Below, piece by piece: positions 51,505 through 61,165 of a DNA stretch of 64,000 nt (position 1 is the first letter of the stretch; each line of letters begins with the position of its first letter). The stretch is from positions 128,001 to 192,000 of the forward strand of contig JAHPZH010000009.1 in the NCBI GenBank assembly GCA_019058315.1, read 5' to 3'. The position numbers and the translations under genes are program-made. The notes beneath the pieces were generated by a model. It made no database searches. It was not told the DNA's origin and saw only the letters and a list, made by a program, of their open reading frames with translations. This stretch comes from Candidatus Helarchaeota archaeon (GTDB taxonomy: Archaea; Asgardarchaeota; Lokiarchaeia; Helarchaeales; RDOG01).

Positions 51505-52650
51505 GTGAAAATTGTGGAAGTTTATCCCGAGGGTGATAAAAAAGGTGTAGAACTATTCGCCGAGGAAGCCAGAGTCTTGAAAGACTTTGAATTGATAAGA
51601 AGAGGAGAGCCAATTCCTTTTCATGGCCATAAGATTGAAAACTTGTTTTGGAGAGAGCAAGAAAAACCACCTTACGGATTTGTAGAAAAGGATGGTCATG
51701 TAATAGCACTAGAATTTCATTCAGAACTGTTAAAATCTCTTCCTGAGTCCCTTGGCAACCTTAAATCACTCATTCACCTTTCTATAAATGGTTGTCAAGT
51801 AAAGAAGCTCCCGGAGTCCATTGGGCAACTCGAATCACTCACAGACCTATATTTAGGTGGTGCTGATTTAACATCTCTTCCCAAATCCTTCAGCAATCTC
51901 AAATCACTTATAAACCTTCAAATTAATGGTAATCAGTTTACCACTCTTCCAGAGTATTTTGGGCAGTTAAAATCGCTCCAAAGATTATGGTTTGCTCAGA
52001 ATCGGGTTACAACCCTCCCTGAGTCTTTTGGGAAGCTAGAATCCCTCATAGAGTTAAATTTAGGTCATAATCAGCTCACAACTCTCCCTGAATCATTTGG
52101 GCAACTGAAGGCTCTCCAAGAGCTTTCATTAACTTTTAACCCAATCAAGTCTCTTCCTGAGTCTTTTGGACAGCTCGAATCGCTCAGGGAACTAAAATTT
52201 TATAAAAATCCGCAGCTCAAAACATTTCCCGAGTCCTTTGGAAACCTTAAATCACTCCAAAAACTCGAAGTAATTAAAAGTGGTTTGACTACCCTCCCAG
52301 AGTCCTTTGGTCAGCTAAAATCTCTAAGAGAGCTAAAATTAAAGGAAAATAAGTTAGAGACTCTCCCAGAATCCTTTGGACAGTTGATATCCCTTCAAAT
52401 ACTCGATTTAGATGATAATCTGCTCACGACTCTCCCAGAGTCTTTTGGAAACTTAAAATCGCTAGAAAAGTTAGGGCTGGCTCGCAATGAGATAACAACC
52501 ATTCCGGACTCCTTTGATCAGCTGGAATCCCTTCAACTAGTGGATTTATTTGAAAATCAGCTCAAGACTATCCCGGAACCAGTCACCCGATTACAATCAC
52601 GCCAAAATCTAAAAGTTATGTTTTTTTATTGGGGGGGAAAGAGAAAATGA
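51505..52650 (+). CDS. Leucine-rich repeat protein (23-aa repeats)
   Basis: About 12-13 units of L..LPESFG.L.SL..L.L..N. Confidence 0.95.
   Translation: MKIVEVYPEGDKKGVELFAEEARVLKDFELIRRGEPIPFHGHKIENLFWREQEKPPYGFVEKDGHVIALEFHSELLKSLPESLGNLKSLIHLSINGCQVKKLPESIGQLESLTDLYLGGADLTSLPKSFSNLKSLINLQINGNQFTTLPEYFGQLKSLQRLWFAQNRVTTLPESFGKLESLIELNLGHNQLTTLPESFGQLKALQELSLTFNPIKSLPESFGQLESLRELKFYKNPQLKTFPESFGNLKSLQKLEVIKSGLTTLPESFGQLKSLRELKLKENKLETLPESFGQLISLQILDLDDNLLTTLPESFGNLKSLEKLGLARNEITTIPDSFDQLESLQLVDLFENQLKTIPEPVTRLQSRQNLKVMFFYWGGKRK
51727..52590 (+). repeat. Degenerate ~69-bp coding tandem repeat (LRR units)
   Basis: Recurrent CC(A/T/C)GAGTC(C/T)TTTGG at about 69-nt spacing. Confidence 0.8.
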
Positions 52651-53390
52651 TTGAAAAATTCAAAAATGGTATTGATAAGGTAAAATTAGCAATTGAAAAT
52701 GATATTAATGGTAATTACGAAAAAGCTATCAAGTATTATAATGAAGCAATCGATATATTGAATCTATATGCTGAAGAGACTATGAATTTCAAATTAAAAA
52801 AATTTTTGGAAAATAGAATATTCCAATACCATATTAGGATAGAAGAAATTGTTCACGGATTGAAAACAACAGAAACGATTGATACAGAAGTTCCACATAC
52901 TTTTGGAGAACCTAAGAAAATATTTGACGAAGGAATGAAAAAAGGGCAAGAAGCTGAAAAGTTAGATAAAAAAGGCAAGAAAGAAGAAGCTTATAGATTA
53001 TATATGGATGCTGCAGATATTTTAATGAATTTTGCAAAAATATCAAAGGATTCAAAATTGAAACATATATGTATGGATAAAACTGAGCAATATATAGAAA
53101 GAGTTAAAAAAATAAGGAACATTTCTGGCCGCTCTATCCTTCCAAGCATTCTTAGAGAATTGAGAAATCTTACAAGAGAATATTCTCATGAAATTATGGA
53201 AAATCCCCTCGAAATTTTAAAATTAAGATTGGTAAAAGGAGAAATCTCCTTAGAAGAATTTGAAAAAGTTAAAAGTACTCTTGAACAATCTAACCTCAAT
53301 CAAAATGATTATATGTATTGTTCCAATTGCGGAAAAAAGATTCCAAGCAATTCAAAGTTCTGCATAGAATGTGGTCTTAAAATATTATAA
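52647..53390 (+). CDS. Tandem MIT-domain protein with SHOCT-like helix and Zn-ribbon
   Basis: AIENDINGNYEKAIKYY.EAIDIL...Y..RIEEI; second unit D..G..EEAY.LY...YIERV; LKLRLVKGEISLEEFE; CSNCG...FCIECG; ATGA overlap with LRR gene. Confidence 0.8.
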   Translation: MIEKFKNGIDKVKLAIENDINGNYEKAIKYYNEAIDILNLYAEETMNFKLKKFLENRIFQYHIRIEEIVHGLKTTETIDTEVPHTFGEPKKIFDEGMKKGQEAEKLDKKGKKEEAYRLYMDAADILMNFAKISKDSKLKHICMDKTEQYIERVKKIRNISGRSILPSILRELRNLTREYSHEIMENPLEILKLRLVKGEISLEEFEKVKSTLEQSNLNQNDYMYCSNCGKKIPSNSKFCIECGLKIL

Positions 53391-53555
53391 AGCGAGGTTG
53401 AGATGGTGAGGTAAGTAAAGGTTTATAAAGAGCCTAATCCTCGCATATTGCTTTTTAACCTCCTATTCCCTACATTCCCCTTTTTAGTGAGCATGTGAAA
53501 TAAAGTTACGTTTTGATGAACTTTTTTATATGATAAATTATTTAATATAGAATCA

Positions 53556-54236
53556 ATGAAAGGCGTATTTCTTTGTAAATTTGATGAAATCCAAGGATAT
53601 ATTCCAATTGAACCTTTATTAATTAATAATGACGAAATTTTAAATAATGAAAAATTATTACAAGAGATCGCGAGGAATGCAATAGGTTTCGGATCATTTG
53701 TAGAATTTTGTTCTTTTTCTTTAAGTGGTATTAATTGTATTTCACGGCGTTTTTCAGTCTCCGTCCAAGCTGCTCGTGGTGGTAGTGCTATTTATTCATT
53801 AGTAATTATTGCTAATGAAGAAGTTATAAAATTCAAGACTTTGTTATTAGAAACTGTAGAAAAATTATTGGATTGGAAAGATATAGAAGGCTATTTAAAA
53901 CGTTTGTACGATGCAATTAGCTATGCAGAAACACCTCTTTATAAAGAAGAAGCTGAAGGATCGGTAAAAGATTCAGTATCGGAGGAAATAAAAGAATTAT
54001 ATATTCATTTTATGTCCACAATTGGACCTGGGGAGAAAAAAGAAAAATTACTCATTAATCCCAGAAGTAATGTTAGAACTATAAAAGAATCTGTGGGAAA
54101 TTTGTTTGGACTGGGTCCAAATGAATTCTATTTATCTTATGGCGGTGTTACAATGGAAGAAACCAATTTAATAATGGATTATGACATAAAGGATGACGAC
54201 ACCATACTTTTACTTCCCACAAGCACAGCAGGTTGA
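53556..54236 (+). CDS. uDENN/longin-like domain fused to C-terminal ubiquitin-like domain
   Basis: N-terminal VFLCKFDEIQGY.P; C-terminal VRTIKE...LSYGGVTM...DYDIKDDDTILLLPTSTAG. Confidence 0.7.
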   Translation: MKGVFLCKFDEIQGYIPIEPLLINNDEILNNEKLLQEIARNAIGFGSFVEFCSFSLSGINCISRRFSVSVQAARGGSAIYSLVIIANEEVIKFKTLLLETVEKLLDWKDIEGYLKRLYDAISYAETPLYKEEAEGSVKDSVSEEIKELYIHFMSTIGPGEKKEKLLINPRSNVRTIKESVGNLFGLGPNEFYLSYGGVTMEETNLIMDYDIKDDDTILLLPTSTAG

Positions 54237-54376
54237 ACTCAATGGATAAATTTTACCCTGATTTGGGGATAATATAAAAATAACAGACAATTCTGAGGGC
54301 AATTTATTTTCGCATTAAATTAAAATTATCTATCCATTTGCTACCAAAATTAAGAATTTTCCCTTTAGGTGATAAA

Positions 54377-55741
54377 ATGAAGTTTGAACCAACTAATGAA
54401 TCTATAAAAAAGCATCAAGTTCCAAACTGGTTTCATGAGGCTAAACTTGGAATCTTTATCCATTGGGGACTTTATTCTGTTCCAGCTTTTGCGGTTACTG
54501 GCACGGATATAATTTCAAATATGTCAAAATATGGTTTGAAGTATCATTTTAAAAATAATCCATATGCGGAATGGTATTTAAATACATTAAAAATTGAAGG
54601 AAGTCCAACTCAAAAATATCATTTTAAGACTTACGGAAAGCATTTTTCCTATGATAATTTCGTTCCAATGTTTAATGAAGCAATAAAAGAATGGAATCCT
54701 GAAAACATGGCTGATTTATTTAAAAAAATAGGAGCTAGCTATGTTGTTCTTGTCACTAGACATATTGATGGATTTTTAATGTGGCACAGTAAATATCCAA
54801 ATCCAAATAAAACAAATTATATGGCAAAGAGAGATATTGTAAAGGAACTCACTGAAGCTGTAAAAAAGAGAGGTATGAAAATGGGTTTTTATTATTGTAG
54901 CGCTTGGGATTGGACGTTTAATACTAAAACAATAAAAGATGAGCCCAGCTTTATGAATAAATACATTAATCCTCCTGAATACACCGAATACGTTACAAAA
55001 CATTGGTTTGAGTTGATTGATAAATATGAACCAGATATTCTTTGGAGTGATATGGGATATCCTTATGGAACTAATGTGAATGAAATTTTTGCTTATTTTT
55101 ATAATAAATTTCCAGATGGTATAGTAAACGATAGATGGAATCAATATAATCCAGCAAATAAAAAATTTAAAATAAACCATAGTGATTATCGAACTCCTGA
55201 ATATGAAATATATAGATTTAAAAAAAAGTTTAAATGGGAATGTACCCGAGGAATTGGTAATTCATTCGGATATAATAAATTCGAAACCGAACAAGATTAT
55301 CTTACTTCTAAAGAATTGATACTAATTCTAATTGATATTGTAAGTAAAAATGGTAATTTATTATTAAATATTGGTCCTATGGCAGATGGATCTATCCCTG
55401 AAGTCCAAAGACAACGTTTGTTAGATCTAGGTGAATGGATCAATATTAATGGCGAAGCTATTTTTGGAACCCATCCATATAAAAAGACTAGAAGCAAGAC
55501 TTTGGACGGGATAGAAGTGAGATTTACTCAAAGACCGGGTGTTATATATGCAATCTTACTCGATATACCTAAAAATAATGAAATTACTATTAAAAATTTC
55601 GAAATTTCGAAACATTCAATCATAAATCTTATCGGATATGATGGAGATTTATATTGGAAAAAAAATGACGATAACTTAACTATTGTTCTTCCAGAAAATA
55701 TTAAAGAAACTATAGCTTTAGCTTTAAAAGTGAAAATATAA
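54377..55741 (+). CDS. Alpha-L-fucosidase (GH29)
   Basis: KLGIFIHWGLYSVP, HIDGF.MW, ILWSD, NDRW, SKNGNLLLNIGP, NGEAIFGT. Confidence 0.93.
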   Translation: MKFEPTNESIKKHQVPNWFHEAKLGIFIHWGLYSVPAFAVTGTDIISNMSKYGLKYHFKNNPYAEWYLNTLKIEGSPTQKYHFKTYGKHFSYDNFVPMFNEAIKEWNPENMADLFKKIGASYVVLVTRHIDGFLMWHSKYPNPNKTNYMAKRDIVKELTEAVKKRGMKMGFYYCSAWDWTFNTKTIKDEPSFMNKYINPPEYTEYVTKHWFELIDKYEPDILWSDMGYPYGTNVNEIFAYFYNKFPDGIVNDRWNQYNPANKKFKINHSDYRTPEYEIYRFKKKFKWECTRGIGNSFGYNKFETEQDYLTSKELILILIDIVSKNGNLLLNIGPMADGSIPEVQRQRLLDLGEWININGEAIFGTHPYKKTRSKTLDGIEVRFTQRPGVIYAILLDIPKNNEITIKNFEISKHSIINLIGYDGDLYWKKNDDNLTIVLPENIKETIALALKVKI

Positions 55742-55748
55742 TTAGTTG

Positions 55749-56885
55749 TTAACGCCCTTCGATAAAACCCTTAAACTTATCCCACATAACATCAATTTCT
55801 TGAGGACTTTTAGGTGGTTTATAGAGAATTTCCCGCATTGCTTTGGCCGAAGATTGTTCTTTTTTCAACCATTTCCCTATTGGGGAATTATTGACTAATT
55901 TCTGAGCTTCTTCAAAATCGGCAGGTTGGAGCTTGCCTTCATCTTGAAGGATTTTTCCCAAAAGTTCGCCAAGATCATAGCCTATCGTCATTGAGGATAC
56001 GATTCCAGAGCCCCCAACTGCGCCGACATGCCCCATGGCATCTCCAATTACAAAGAGATTCGGTTTGTAAGTTTTCTTAACAGGACCACCAAAAGCGAGG
56101 ATCTCATCAGCATAATAGATATATTGACCACGGTCTAAGCGCTTTCTGAGAATAGGATGGGTTTTGGCAGCATTATCCAAAATTGATTTTAAGTTATATT
56201 GATCTGAATCTAACCAGACAGTTGCTCCCAATTCAGCACGATTATGCAGTTTGGGAAAGATCCAGATAACAGCAGGGATATCCAGAAGGAAAAATTCCAG
56301 TTCATGGGGATCTGGGATATTTAAATTCTCTGCAACGATTTTGATCGCGGGACAGATATTTTTTGGATTCTTTAAGTCAGCAGGAACGTTCAGTTTTGTA
56401 TGAAGTCCGATTGCAGAAATAATAAGCTTTGGAAAAATCTCGCTTTTTTCACTCAGTTCTTGGTATTTCAGTCCTATTATTTTATCATCTCGCTCGATAA
56501 GTTCCATTACTTCAGCTTTGAGTTTAATTTGAACACCTTCTTTAATGGCGATTGATAATAGTTCATCAATCAATTCCCGATATTCGATTCCTATTTTATC
56601 ACCACTTGGAAGTAGGCGATGGGCGAATTTTTTAGTGGAAGGTGTGTAATATTTTGCACTTTTATAAACAATTCGGCTTACTGATTCGGGTAATCCTTTT
56701 TGGTTAAAAACTTTCTCGAAAATTTTGGCGGCATTGTCTATTACCTCCCCTTTAATACGTTTTCCAAACTCATTATCTTGTTCCAGAAGGAGAACACTCA
56801 ATCCCCGTCTTTTAAAACTTATAGCTGCTGATAAACCAGCAACACCACCTCCAATCACCACTACATCAATATTGTTCAAGCTCAT
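55749..56885 (-). CDS. FAD-dependent oxidoreductase (geranylgeranyl reductase-like)
   Basis: VVIGGGVAG, WIFPK, VIGDAMG. Confidence 0.85.
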   Translation of the reverse strand: MSLNNIDVVVIGGGVAGLSAAISFKRRGLSVLLLEQDNEFGKRIKGEVIDNAAKIFEKVFNQKGLPESVSRIVYKSAKYYTPSTKKFAHRLLPSGDKIGIEYRELIDELLSIAIKEGVQIKLKAEVMELIERDDKIIGLKYQELSEKSEIFPKLIISAIGLHTKLNVPADLKNPKNICPAIKIVAENLNIPDPHELEFFLLDIPAVIWIFPKLHNRAELGATVWLDSDQYNLKSILDNAAKTHPILRKRLDRGQYIYYADEILAFGGPVKKTYKPNLFVIGDAMGHVGAVGGSGIVSSMTIGYDLGELLGKILQDEGKLQPADFEEAQKLVNNSPIGKWLKKEQSSAKAMREILYKPPKSPQEIDVMWDKFKGFIEGR

Positions 56886-57058
56886 TTTTTATCACTTAAA
56901 TAATTTTACTATAATATTATATTCTTTAAAGAAAGAGGGCAATAAAATTTTCATTAAGTGGTAATTATTTTTTAAAGGTATGTGAAGAATTTTGGAATGA
57001 TGATCTTCTTCCTACTAGAGATAAATTCCTCAAAATAGTCTTTAATGACCAAAAAAAG

Positions 57059-57193
57059 TCAATCAACTTTGTCAGACTCCTTAAAGTAGTGTTCGTAACC
57101 ACATTTTGTACAAATTTTAATTTTAAAAATTAAATATTTTCTCTCTATTAACTCATCATTCCCACACATAATACATTTCATGATTTTTCCCAT
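57059..57193 (-). CDS. Zn-ribbon microprotein (44 aa)
   Basis: Manual translation MGKIMKCIMCGNDEL...ICTKCGYEHYF. Confidence 0.6.
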   Translation of the reverse strand: MGKIMKCIMCGNDELIERKYLIFKIKICTKCGYEHYFKESDKVD

Positions 57194-57443
57194 TATTTAT
57201 TTTATTCATTAATTCCATTATTACAGTCATAATTATAGCTATAGCTTTTCATTTTATTAAGATAATTCCCAACTTTTGGATCCTTCATTTTTCAATTGAA
57301 TCTTCACCATTTGTGTTTTTTTTATAAACGGTTTAACCATTTAAATGCCACTATTACTCCTTGTTAGTTTATTAATTAAAAATTTTAAATATAAATACTA
57401 AATTACAAAATTATTTCATTAAGAAATTTGAGTTGAATAATAG

Positions 57444-57734
57444 ATGGCTGATATTATAGAAATAGAGGTGGAAGTTACCGAATTTCTCCAAAATGCTATG
57501 CATGATGATTTCGAAAATGGTAAATTTGCTTCTTACCATGCCTCCATTCTTAAAATTCTTTCTCCTATTGACTTAAAAAATAAGAAAATTACCATTTATC
57601 ATGACAGCGATTTAGATCAAAATAGTCCTTGGCGGAAATTAAATCAAAAACTTAAATTTTCAATTAAAAAGGAATATTTAGATGATTTAAAGCATATTTT
57701 TAATGGTGCTATTCAAAATTTATGTATTCTTTAG
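57444..57734 (+). CDS. Hypothetical protein
   Basis: 96-codon ORF, ATG start. Confidence 0.6.
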   Translation: MADIIEIEVEVTEFLQNAMHDDFENGKFASYHASILKILSPIDLKNKKITIYHDSDLDQNSPWRKLNQKLKFSIKKEYLDDLKHIFNGAIQNLCIL

Positions 57735-57889
57735 GAATATTAACTATCATGAGACCGGTTTATAATCATAACTCCCACAATTCCTCAATATTATATAGCA
57801 GTCCTAAATAGTTCAATACATATTTATAAGCTTCCATTTTATAATGAATCTGACTATTATAAGTTTTGATTTTAATAGAAGGGTTTTAA

Positions 57890-58429
57890 TTGAGAAACAA
57901 ACATCAATACAGAATTGTTTTATTAGGAGAAGGTGCTGTTGGAAAGACAGCGATAAGACAAAGATTTGTTGGAAAGGGATTTGAATCTGAATACATTAAA
58001 ACTGTAGGTGCTGATTTCAGTAAAAAAATTATAAATGTAAAAGATACTGAGGTAAATTATCTAATTTGGGATCCAGCAGGTCATCTAGAATTTAAAAGTA
58101 GGTCTGGAATATTCTATTCAGGATGTACCGGTGCTATTTTAGTATTTGATTTAACAAATTTAGACACATTATTTAAACTGGATAACTGGATTAACGAAGC
58201 AATAGAAAAAAGCAAAGGTAGTATAAAAACTTGGTTTTTAGTTGGGAATAAATGCGATTTAGAACGAAAAATTGAATATCAACAAGTATTAAATTTTGCA
58301 CAAGCATCATTGAATAAAATAAGTCCGAATTTATACTACTTAGAGACTTCTGCAAAGACCGGAAAGAATATAGATAAATTGTTTAATGATTTAGGTCAAA
58401 TCCTTTTGAGCAAGGTCTTGGATTTATAA
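57890..58429 (+). CDS. Rab-like small GTPase
   Basis: GEGAVGKT, YIKTVGADF, WDPAG, NKCD, ETSAKTG. Confidence 0.93.
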   Translation: MRNKHQYRIVLLGEGAVGKTAIRQRFVGKGFESEYIKTVGADFSKKIINVKDTEVNYLIWDPAGHLEFKSRSGIFYSGCTGAILVFDLTNLDTLFKLDNWINEAIEKSKGSIKTWFLVGNKCDLERKIEYQQVLNFAQASLNKISPNLYYLETSAKTGKNIDKLFNDLGQILLSKVLDL

Positions 58430-58463
58430 TGTATGATTTAATGAATTTAAAAAGTGGGGTTAT

Positions 58464-59048
58464 TTGTATACTAAAATTTTGAAAAAACCAAAAGATATTT
58501 GCATTAATGCAATATATCCTGCTCTATCCCAAGTTAATGGTACTTATAAGATAAGAAGAGCTGATAATGAAATAAAATTTAGATGGGTAAGACCATTTCG
58601 CAAAACATATAATTATAATCATATACATTATGGAAAAATATTATTTGAAGGAGATGAAATAACAAAAGTTACAATAATTATCGATGTTTTAATAATATAT
58701 CTAGGTTTATCCCTAATAATAATTTTGGGTATATTTCTTTCAATAATGTTTCTTACTTCGCCGAGTGATGTACCAACATATATGAGAATAAGAATTTTGA
58801 TAATGGCTCTTTTAACACCTATTTTAATAGGAATCCCATTCGCACTTGGTATGAAAGCGTATTATCACAGATCAGAAAGAGATCTTTGGTTTAGAATTGC
58901 TTCGAAAATTGACAAAAACGTAATTAGTGAAACAATACTTTACATAAAGTTATTCTTATGCTATAAAACTTGTCCAAAATGTAAGAATAGCAATAAAATA
59001 AATTCAAAATTTTGTGTTTATTGTGGGGAGCAAATTGGTGATAGTTAA
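58464..59048 (+). CDS. 2-TM protein with C-terminal Zn-ribbon
   Basis: Two TMs; CPKC...FCVYCG. Confidence 0.7.
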   Translation: MYTKILKKPKDICINAIYPALSQVNGTYKIRRADNEIKFRWVRPFRKTYNYNHIHYGKILFEGDEITKVTIIIDVLIIYLGLSLIIILGIFLSIMFLTSPSDVPTYMRIRILIMALLTPILIGIPFALGMKAYYHRSERDLWFRIASKIDKNVISETILYIKLFLCYKTCPKCKNSNKINSKFCVYCGEQIGDS

Positions 59049-59111
59049 AGAATTTTATACTGCATCCACATATTAAAATTAAGCATCTTAAAAATCATTC
59101 AAGGGTCTAAT

Positions 59112-59966
59112 ATGAGGATTAATATAAGTGAAGAAATATCAATTATTTCTGTAATTGGAGCAGGATATATGGGTCGACAGATTATTGAGAAATCTGCTTT
59201 ATACGGATATAATATAAATGTTTTTGATGAAAATCTTGAAGGGTTAAAAGAATTTTTAGGAGACCTGAAAAAGAAAACCGAAGAGAAAAATATTAAAGTT
59301 GATATAAATCTTTTTACAAATATTTCTGAGGCAGTAAAAAATTCAGATTTAATCATAGAAGCAATTCCAGAGAAATTAGAATTAAAAAAAGTAATTTTTT
59401 CGCAGATTGATAAATTAGCTCCACCCAATGCAATAATAGCAACTAATAGTTCTTCTATCCCGATTTCAAAATTGGAAGACGCTGTTGAGCGGAAAGATAA
59501 AGTATTAAACATCCACTTCTACAATCTTTTTACTATGCCAATGGCAGATATCATGCGGGGAACTCAAACTAGCAATGAAACCTTTCAGAAAGGGAAAAAT
59601 TGGTTAGAAAGTATTGAAATCGTTCCACTTGAAGTTAAAAAAGAGTGTTATGGTTTTGTTTTTAATAGAATATGGAGAGCAATTAAAAAAGAATGTCTAA
59701 AGATATGGGCTGGAGGTCATGCGGATGTTGAGACTGTGGATAAAGCTTGGCAAATTTTCTGCCAATATTTCCTCAAAAATAAATATGGTCCATTTCAATT
59801 TATGGATAGAATAGGATTAGATGTGGTTTATGATATCGAAATGTCGTATTTCAAAAATACTGGACTTCCAGATGATAAACCTCCTGATTTACTTAAGGAT
59901 GCGGTTGAGAGAGGTGAATTAGGAGTAAAAACTGGAAAAGGTTTTTACAATTATGATACCCGATAA
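59112..59966 (+). CDS. 3-hydroxyacyl-CoA dehydrogenase family
   Basis: VIGAGYMG, IEAIPE.LELK, TNSSS, GFVFNRI, GPF..MDRIGLD, LGVKTGKGFY. Confidence 0.94.
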   Translation: MRINISEEISIISVIGAGYMGRQIIEKSALYGYNINVFDENLEGLKEFLGDLKKKTEEKNIKVDINLFTNISEAVKNSDLIIEAIPEKLELKKVIFSQIDKLAPPNAIIATNSSSIPISKLEDAVERKDKVLNIHFYNLFTMPMADIMRGTQTSNETFQKGKNWLESIEIVPLEVKKECYGFVFNRIWRAIKKECLKIWAGGHADVETVDKAWQIFCQYFLKNKYGPFQFMDRIGLDVVYDIEMSYFKNTGLPDDKPPDLLKDAVERGELGVKTGKGFYNYDTR

Positions 59967-60041
59967 ATTTTTTTTATTTTTGATGATATATAGAACAATA
60001 ATATTAAATAAAAGAAATATAGGAAAAAGGAGGTATTCAAA

Positions 60042-60188
60042 ATAAGTAGGATTATTGGGAAATGTCCATCTTGCGATGCTGGTCTAACGAAAAAAGATAT
60101 TAAAAGAGACCGTTTTAAAGGAATTATGGCTGGTCATTATGCTTATATCTGTTTAAAGTGTGATCATATAATTGGATTTAGTAGGTAG
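60042..60188 (+). CDS. Zn-finger microprotein (48 aa), apparent ATA start
   Basis: AGGAGGT, 7 nt, ATA; (M)SRIIGKCPSCDA...AYICLKCDHIIGFSR; paralog of 35151. Confidence 0.78.
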   Translation: MSRIIGKCPSCDAGLTKKDIKRDRFKGIMAGHYAYICLKCDHIIGFSR

Positions 60189-60216
60189 GAAATTGCAAAG
60201 TTATTATGGAATGGTT

Positions 60217-60366
60217 ATGATTTTTCATATTATAGGTCTCCGTTATGCTGGAAAATCTACATTCATCAAAGAAAAATTTCCAGGTGCAGTAGTTTTGGAC
60301 ATGAAAAAATTCTATAAAACCCACGATTTCCTACCTGCAACCTCCTATCATGGGACGAAACTATAG
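60217..60366 (+). pseudogene. Truncated P-loop kinase fragment
   Basis: MIFHIIGLRYAGKSTFIK...VLD, then stop after about 49 aa. Confidence 0.5.
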
Positions 60367-60414
60367 GTTTTTGGAATGTTTAAAATGTTATATATCCAAA
60401 TGGGTGAATAATTA

Positions 60415-61149
60415 TTGTCAGGTCTGAAGGTGGCAAGTTGGATATTTTCAATTCTTGGTCTGCTTACTCTCCTTGGTCCAAGCATGTTTTCGTATACATC
60501 GGCAATTAGTCCATATATATTTTATACCATCTCTCTCATATTTATACTGTTAGGAGTGTGTTTTGCCAATGCAGCTAAGAAGGACGAGGAAATAGTAGAA
60601 ATTGTTAGCACGAAAATGCCTGAATGGTGGTTAAGAGAATTAGTTCGCAAGGAGATGAATGTATTTCTCAGGGATCTCAACAATCCAGATGGAAGAACCC
60701 AGACTAATGCAATAATTAGATTAGGTAATATGGGGGATGAAAGTGCCATTCCACATTTGGAAAAACTATTAAGAAAAAAGTCCAAGTCAATCAGGGAATT
60801 GGTTGAAATTGCAATAACTAAGATTAAAGGTAGAACTTCAATAATTAACGTCTGTGCTTACCTACAGATAGAATCACAAATTAGAGATAGGACTATTTTT
60901 TTCTATCATAAAATAATGAAGGATAAAAAAAGTGCGACTATAATTTCGAACAATATTATATTAGCTGCTTTCTGTCTGATAATGGCAGTTCGAGAATATA
61001 AAGATCTCACTCATATATCCGATCAAGATGTTATAAAGGGCTTTAATCATTTAACATATGAAATAACTATTGGAGAAGTATTTGAATTAGCCTTGAACTT
61101 ATTACCAAAGTATGATAAAATGTTTAATCGAAAAACACTTTTAATTTGA
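60415..61149 (+). CDS. 2-TM + HEAT(PBS) + TFIIB/cyclin-like domain protein
   Basis: AIIRLGNMGDESAIPHLEKLL; VCAYLQI...FYHKI...LAAFCLIMAVRE. Confidence 0.6.
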   Translation: MSGLKVASWIFSILGLLTLLGPSMFSYTSAISPYIFYTISLIFILLGVCFANAAKKDEEIVEIVSTKMPEWWLRELVRKEMNVFLRDLNNPDGRTQTNAIIRLGNMGDESAIPHLEKLLRKKSKSIRELVEIAITKIKGRTSIINVCAYLQIESQIRDRTIFFYHKIMKDKKSATIISNNIILAAFCLIMAVREYKDLTHISDQDVIKGFNHLTYEITIGEVFELALNLLPKYDKMFNRKTLLI

Positions 61150-61165
61150 TTTACCCCAATTTATT

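Noticed and set aside
51727-52590. CRISPR array
   Set aside because: The repeats are degenerate, in-frame 69-nt LRR coding units without unique spacers; no cas genes seen.
53391-53450. SECIS element / selenoprotein
   Set aside because: No convincing SECIS core and no in-frame TGA at a conserved Cys position noticed in neighbouring genes.
60340-60414. Intron rescuing the truncated P-loop ORF
   Set aside because: The CCTAT/ATAGG hairpin lacks BHB geometry and no recognisable kinase continuation follows.
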